Shown: in pieces, positions 57,797-64,000 of the stretch
How positions within the stretch are numbered: the stretch's first letter is position 1
How the letters are laid out: the number at the start of each line of letters is the position of its first letter
Source: Squalus acanthias
Lineage: Eukaryota
NCBI GenBank assembly: GCA_030390025.1
Contig: CM059428.1
Span: forward strand, 131,440,001 to 131,504,000
Length of the DNA: 64,000 bases
Reading direction: 5' to 3'
Position numbers and translations under genes: made by a program
Notes under the pieces: model-generated
Told to the model about the DNA's origin: nothing
Seen by the model: only the letters and a program-made list of their open reading frames with translations
The model's database searches: none

Positions 57797-59585
57797 TCAG
57801 ACGCCCATCTCAGTTGGGTGAGGACTCTGGTGGGGCTCTGACCGAGGGCTTTGCTGTGGCATGGTCGTGTGAGCGCTTGGAGAGGAGCCCCCACTTCCTT
57901 GTTGTCTGCCACCAACATCCCACTCATGGGTCAGCCCCACTTCAGAGCTAGCAAGTGGCTTGACAGCACCTTGTTGCACTGCAGGGGGGCCATGAGGACC
58001 CGTTTCTGCACTGGAAGTCCTACTCCAGAGGACTTGCATGAAGGTCTGGTTTGTTTGCTCAATAGCTGACCATCGCTCCTCAAGAGATGTCATTCTACTC
58101 TGAACAATGACCATGTTTTCAATACCCTGGCGACTAAGCTCCTCCATGGCCATAGCCATTCTCTCCTCAGCTGTAGCCACCCTCTCCTCTACGGTAGCCA
58201 GCCTTACCATGGAGGTAGCCATCCTTTCCACGTAGGTTGCCATCCTTTCCGCGGTGATGCGTTCATGCGCCAATGCCTCCACAAAGGCTCTGCTCATGTT
58301 CACGATGGACTTCTCTATTCGCTCCACACTCGCAGCGACCCTGGAGACAAAACCTACCAGAGACTCCTGCACCTGTTCCTGGAGTTCCAGTACCGCTCTC
58401 CTTCTGGATGGACCCAGAGGCACAGGGTCGGCATGCAGCAGAGCCGAGCTGGCAGAGTCCTGCACCCTCCGACGAGGACTCTCCACTGCTGTCCCTGTCT
58501 CCACCATCTGCTGATGCTCACTTGTGAGCTGTGATACACCAGGTGCCAACACTACTCTATCTCGCGAAGGTCCCACCGAGGTGCGAGTGTCTGCGCTGGT
58601 GCTGGGTACGCTGAATTCTGCTGACGCTGTGCCCTTAGAGGTTGCAGCTTCCTCTGAGGAGTCTGGAGGCTCAGGCTGTTCCTCCTGGATAGTGGGGACG
58701 GGGGCTTTCGATGGTCCTGTGGGGAAGTAAAGGAAAGAGTTAGAGATGTGAGGCCAAGGTTACATGCACATTGAATATTGCAGATGATCATAAGTCAATC
58801 TGTTAGAGCATCAGAATCATCATCAGTGACTCATGCTATGTCAATGAGAGAGATTCCAAACTATTCTGTCACCAGCTTGCTGTGATGCGCCCGTCTGTCC
58901 GTCCCCCACTTGGGTATCCTCCTCGATCCCAGCAATTTCCAGGGCCGCCTCCTCCCAGGGGATGAGCTGGGCTACTGAGGGTGGCCCTCCTCCTGTCATG
59001 GCTCTTTCCCTCTTATTGTGGGCTCTCTTTTCCTGCAATGAGGGACACAAGTGGAGTTTGAGTGAGAATGAAGCAGTGAGTGTAGAGAATCCATAGCATA
59101 GATGCTTAGAAGGATACAAAGGACCCTTCCTGTGTGTTGAAAGTTGTTGTTGTCATGGCATTACAGTGATGGGGAGTGTGAGGGCTGCATGGTAGAATAG
59201 TTAAGTGAATGTGACCATAAAGAGAGAGGCAATGGGTAAGGGTGCAGGGATGTAAGTGTCAAGTGGGATGTGGAGGAATAGGTTGGCAAAGCAGAATGCT
59301 GGTGAGGAGAGGCGATGGGGATCAGATTGTGGGTGATGGGAAAGTCATACTCACTTTTCCTGTGCGGAGAAGGTCATGAAACCTCTTCCTGCATTGCAGC
59401 CAGGCTCAGCGAAATGGAGTTGACCTCCTGGGCCACTTGTAGCCACACAGCTTTTGTCTGCTGGGGTGGTTTTTTCTCCCCGAGGAAGGGAACAGCACCT
59501 CCTGATTACAGCTGGCTCCGAGCACCAGAGCTTGGAGGGAGGGCTCATCGAAGCGAGGAGCACACTTTTGCTTGATCGTTGACAT
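57797..59585 (-). pseudogene. Three-exon Myb/SANT-like (Harbinger ORF1) gene, exon 1 frameshifted
   Basis: Exon 1 59585-59355 (MSTIKQKCAPRFDEPSLQALV.../WLQVAQEVNS/WLQCRKRFHDLLRTGK), exon 2 59032-58873 (EKRAHNKRERAMTGGGPP...), exon 3 58716-57797 open and in phase; canonical GT-AG sites. Confidence 0.78.
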
Positions 59586-60952
59586 TTTCCACAATTCAAC
59601 TCCTTCATATAAATTGCAGAGCCTTTGCAGTCTCCAGAAGAATCAAGGCTGCTTGCAGGCCTTAAATCCAACAGCATTGATGACGTCATCGGAGGCGACT
59701 TTCTGTATGAAAAGACTCATTGGGCCAGTGGTTCCCACACGCAGGAAATCAATTGCCCAATTAGGGGAAAATCCCACTTTTTCAACACATCACTTCGGAG
59801 TCAGGGTCCTGATACGATTTCCACCTGACACGCCTCAGCCCGCCCACACTGACAAAATCCAGCCCACGGTCTCTCATTATTTATAACCTAGATGTTTATG
59901 CACATTAAATCCCAGGAGGCTCTAGTAATGAGGGTTTGGTTTTTTTCTTTCCTCCACTTTCTGTATGGATTTTTTAAAGCTTTGTTCCTGTAAAAAAAAT
60001 AAAACCCTCACTGTAGCAACTGCTTCCTCCGAACTTTTCATGGACAATGAATACTTTTCATGGACAAAATCCTAAAATGCTTCCATTTCCAGTTTTTAAA
60101 ATTACTTGTACTTGTCAGGAGATATCCCCTTATGCTGTGCAAACAGGCTCTGCGCCTGTTTGCACCAGCCGTAAAATTGCCCAACTCTGTGCCAGCAATT
60201 AGGATTTCCCCGTCGGTGTGGATGATCTGTCAAGTTGGAATTTGACAGATCGCAACTTCGTGGTTTAACCATTTCAAAGGCAGTATGATGGCGTACTCTG
60301 AGAGTACACTGTCATACCAACCACAAATTCTGGCCCATTAAGTAAATGCACGAACATCTATTATATATTACAATTGCTGAGTGGGTTGTAAAATTCCATT
60401 TCAAAACACATTGATATGTCAGGCTCCATTTATGGCAAAATCCATTACAAGAGTGTCACAACGCGAAATTGGGATTGGTCGTGCCCGTTGTCTGGGCACT
60501 ACGGGTGGCGCTTGGGTACCAAAATGCCATCCAATGCGCGCGCGCACACTTGTGGGGAGAATCGCGCTGGACGTCATATTGGTGAGGGCATTAACGCGCG
60601 CAAAGATAACGTCCGCCGGAAGTATGCAGAGCAGCCAGATCATGTCAATCAGCGTGTCACACCAATTTGACGCCAGCGGTGCCATTTTGGAGCTTAACGC
60701 TCCAGCAAACGCCCTCTCTTAAGTTCCCACAGCTGAACACACTGGACCCCCAACCAATGCTATTTAAAGAGATCATCAACTACGTACAGGTTAGTTGCTG
60801 GTTGATTTCTTCTGGCTGTTGGTACGATTGTACAGGTGTTTGGTGCTTTCTATAGTTGTTTCAAGTTGCAAAAGTCTGCAGGGAGTGGTGTGGCACGTGC
60901 TGAAGGACTTTTTGCTGACTTCAAGCCTTCTGCACAAACCACTTGCTGCCAG

Positions 60953-62090
60953 ATGTGGGTGTACTAGTAGGCGTTCCCCTTGGAATACAGCATGACTTGG
61001 AGAATCAACAGAGGGCACGCAAAGCAGGATAAGCTGCTGGAAGAGGGAAGAGGAGGGGGAGAAGGGCTCTCAACAGGAAGCCATATCCACCCAGGGTGTT
61101 CAGGGAGCAATTCTCCTACTTAAACCACAGCGAGGAACAATGTGTGAGACGTCTGCGCTTCAGTAAGGGCGTCTGCGCTTCAGTAAGGGCTTCCGCACTG
61201 AAATCTGCCACCTGCTGCAGCCACAACTGCAACCACAGAGCAGGGCAAGGACCGCAATGCCAGTGGCTGTGAAGGGGACCGTGGTGATGAACTTTTATGC
61301 ATCTGGCTCCTTCCAGGCTGGAGCTGGAGATATTTGCAATATCTCGCAGTTTGCCGTCCACTGTTGCGTAAGGGAGGTCACTGAGGCGCTCTATTCAAAG
61401 AGAGCTGACCACATTTCATTCTCTCTTGCCAGTGACCAGCAGGCAGAACGAGCACACGGCTTCGCTAGGATTGCAGGCTTCCCCATCGTGCAGGATGCCA
61501 CCATGCTTTGCAGGCACTGCATGTCAACTCTGCCCTATACCAGAACTAAAAGGGATTCCACTCCCACAACGTCCAGCTGGTGTGTAATCATAGGCAGTAC
61601 ATCATGTACGTCAATGCCCGATATTCTGGCGGCAGTCATGATGCCTTCATTCTGTGGCAATCCGCTGTGCCAGCTGCATTTCAGCCACCACAGCAAACCA
61701 AAGGGTGACAAGGGCTATCCGCTGATGACATGGCTCATGACTCCGGTGCGCAACCCACAAAGACATGCACAGCATGCATACAATGAAAGTCATGCTGCCA
61801 CACGAAATGTGATAGAGCAGACCATTGGCATGCTGAAACAACACTTCCACTGCCTGGAGGAGCCCTGAATTACTCGGCAGAGCGGGTGTCAAGATTTGTG
61901 GTGGTCTGCTGCATGCTGCACAACCTCGCCATCATGAGGGCACAGCCCTTGCCACCAGCTATACAGCGAGCAGCTGAGGAGCAGGAATAAGAGGAGCAGA
62001 AGGAGGAAGAGTAATGGAGGACTGCATTCGAGACAGCCACTTTCTGCCTGGGTTGTCCATGAAGAACTCATCCGAGTGCGATACCAGTAA
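60953..62090 (+). pseudogene. Harbinger (HARBI1-like) DDE transposase, disrupted
   Basis: MPVAVKGTVVMNFYASGSFQ...ISQFAVHCCVREVTEALY, GDKGYPL, YNESHAATRNVIEQTIGMLK; the GAIDCTH region is deleted and there are frameshifts. Confidence 0.85.
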
Positions 62091-62253
62091 CCACAACCCC
62101 AATTCCCAATTCACCAACATTCCCACACCTCACCTTCCCTCAGTCACTAACCATCACAGCTTGGTCACAATGCAAAAATAAAAGCCACCACAAAATAAAC
62201 ATCCCAAACCAAATTTATAAATGAAAGCATGCCATATTGCATACAAAAGTCAA

Positions 62254-63603
62254 CTAATCACCCTTGTGCATTCCCTTTGTGCCTGTCTTGCACATGATTT
62301 TGCCTGTCCTAGTGCTCCTACGCAGTGCTACCCCAGTGGCTGCAGCATGACTGATGGAAGGCTGCTGACTTTCAGTGGAGGAGACAGATAGACTTGGAGG
62401 ACGACCTTGAGCAGCTCTAGGCCTAGAAGGCCCGGCTATGGACTGCACCATCTCGCATGGGCAGCAGCAGTTTCGGCTGGCTGGCTGACAGGCAACAGCA
62501 AGGGCACTGGCAGAGTGGCAGTGGTGGGAAGACAAATGCTGTCATCCTGAGAGAGGACAGCAGGTTTGTGCTCCATGGAGCCACTGCCACTCCCCTGGGG
62601 CGGCGCTTCAGCAATCCTAGTAATCTGTTGGAGGACAGATTGCTGCACTGCTGTGACACCCTGCAAGCCCCTTTGAACACTGTATTCCACAGCCATGATG
62701 ACAGCAGTCTGAGCTTCCACTGCAGCACTCAGACATTGAGTGGCTGCTGCTTGTGCTGCAATGGAAGCTGAGACATCGGCCACCAGATGCTGCATCATGG
62801 TTGAGTCAAGTGTGTGAACTAGTTGGCCACCACTTCCATGCTGGAAAGGATGGGCTCCAGGCTCTGCGCAAAGCCCTGTGCCAAGTTGCTGGTGGACTCC
62901 TCCATGTTCCTTGACATTGACTGCAGGCTTTCTGGCAGGCCTCCCAATGCACCAAGCACTTTATTGTGCATACCCATCAGCATTCTTCTGTAGGCTGCCC
63001 CATCAAAGTCCTCATCTGAGTCCCCTGCAGTGGAACCTGTCTGCGACCTCATCCTCTGGCGAGCTGGCACCTGCGCTATCCTTGCCCCCTGCCCTGGCTG
63101 CAGACCACTTGTGCCCGGTGTCTCACCAAGTGAAGATCCCGCCTCTGTGCTATCCTCTAAATTACGTGCAGTGTCAGTATCTGAGCTGGTGGCTGCGAGT
63201 GTGAAATCAAGTGACAGAGCTCTGTCTTCATCAGCACTCTCTTCTTGGTGTTCCTCCCTTGCCTGGCCAGGTGGCACCTCTTGGGTATCTGAAAAGAAAA
63301 AGGTTCAAGGATAAGGTTGTGGTGCGGGGAGGGGGGAAAGTAAGAGGTGCATGCTTACACCATCTCTGCAGCTTGTAAATCAGAAGAGAGTGTAGGATGA
63401 GGGGGAAGTGGGATGTGAGAAGGAGGATTAGGTATAAGGATACTGTCATCTTCGATGGTTTCAGCCCGGCCGCTGGCCACGGCCTACGCAATGGTTGTTC
63501 GAATAATGGCCAGCACCGTCTGCTCCATGGGAGTTAGGACATGTAGACGCGCCTGTCCCCCTCCAGTTAGCTCCTACTCCCTCCAGTTGTGCACCACCTA
63601 GTC
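62254..63603 (-). pseudogene. Myb/SANT partner gene of the same Harbinger element (exons 2-3), disrupted
   Basis: D*VVHNWRE*ELTGGGQARLHVLTPMEQ after the acceptor at 63604; low-complexity and coiled-coil third exon; converges on the transposase with poly(A) signals at about 62175-62220. Confidence 0.75.
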
Positions 63604-64000
63604 CTGCAAGAGATAGGGAGGTGTGTCAGTGAGTGTCGTGCAATCTATTTGGCTGATGTGGCTGTCATGGTTGAATAGCTGGCAGTGTGTGCAAGCTGTG
63701 AGATGTGGGTGTGAGACTTGCAGAAGTGCTAAGTGTGTGAGGATGAGGTGAAGATGTTAGGTATGAGGCTTGATTGGTCAATGCAAGGGTGATTTAGCTA
63801 GAAAAGGAACAGTTTGAGGCTGACATTTGGTTACTTGCAGTACACTTATTAAACAAGTAATAATTTTTATATTAAACAATCCTAATTTTTCCCTTGGAAT
63901 AATCAATCAACTGAACTACTCAGTGGCTAAGGTTGATGCTGCAATGAGTGAAGTCTAATAGACAGACATTAGCATTATAAAATTGGCATTTTACTGAATT

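Noticed and set aside
60953-62090. Domesticated HARBI1 gene
   Set aside because: Frameshifts, loss of the first catalytic Asp region and a paired Myb gene mark it as a dead transposon copy
1-64000. CRISPR arrays, rRNA genes or prokaryotic systems
   Set aside because: No regularly spaced repeat-spacer arrays or operon-like gene density; the window is intron-rich vertebrate DNA

Overview
Vertebrate genomic DNA, most likely a shark or other elasmobranch (inferred from HE1-type V-SINEs, Deu-domain SINEs and the CR1/L2/RTE repeat mix). The window holds the block that is syntenic with human NMT2-RPP38-ACBD7-OLAH: the last five coding exons of NMT2 (+, 4433-16997), the single-coding-exon RPP38 (-, 23508-24449) with a CpG-rich promoter near 27 kb, what looks like an orphan degenerate last exon of ACBD7 (+, 34369-34433), and the last four coding exons of the thioesterase OLAH (-, 55158-38536), which the ORF track misses. 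The rest is mostly transposons: L2, CR1 and RTE LINEs, SINEs, several decayed PIF/Harbinger elements with their MITEs, a solo LTR, and a 6.35-kb pol-less LTR provirus in an OLAH intron. The provirus has a tRNA-Arg-like PBS and an env remnant that may be lokiretrovirus/F-protein-like. The other main observation is that three different LINE families each have a perfect 15-25 bp inverted copy of nearby flanking DNA at their truncated 5' junction, and one further copy shows a twin-priming-type inversion. Repeat family names come from motif recognition, not database searches, and repeat boundaries are approximate.
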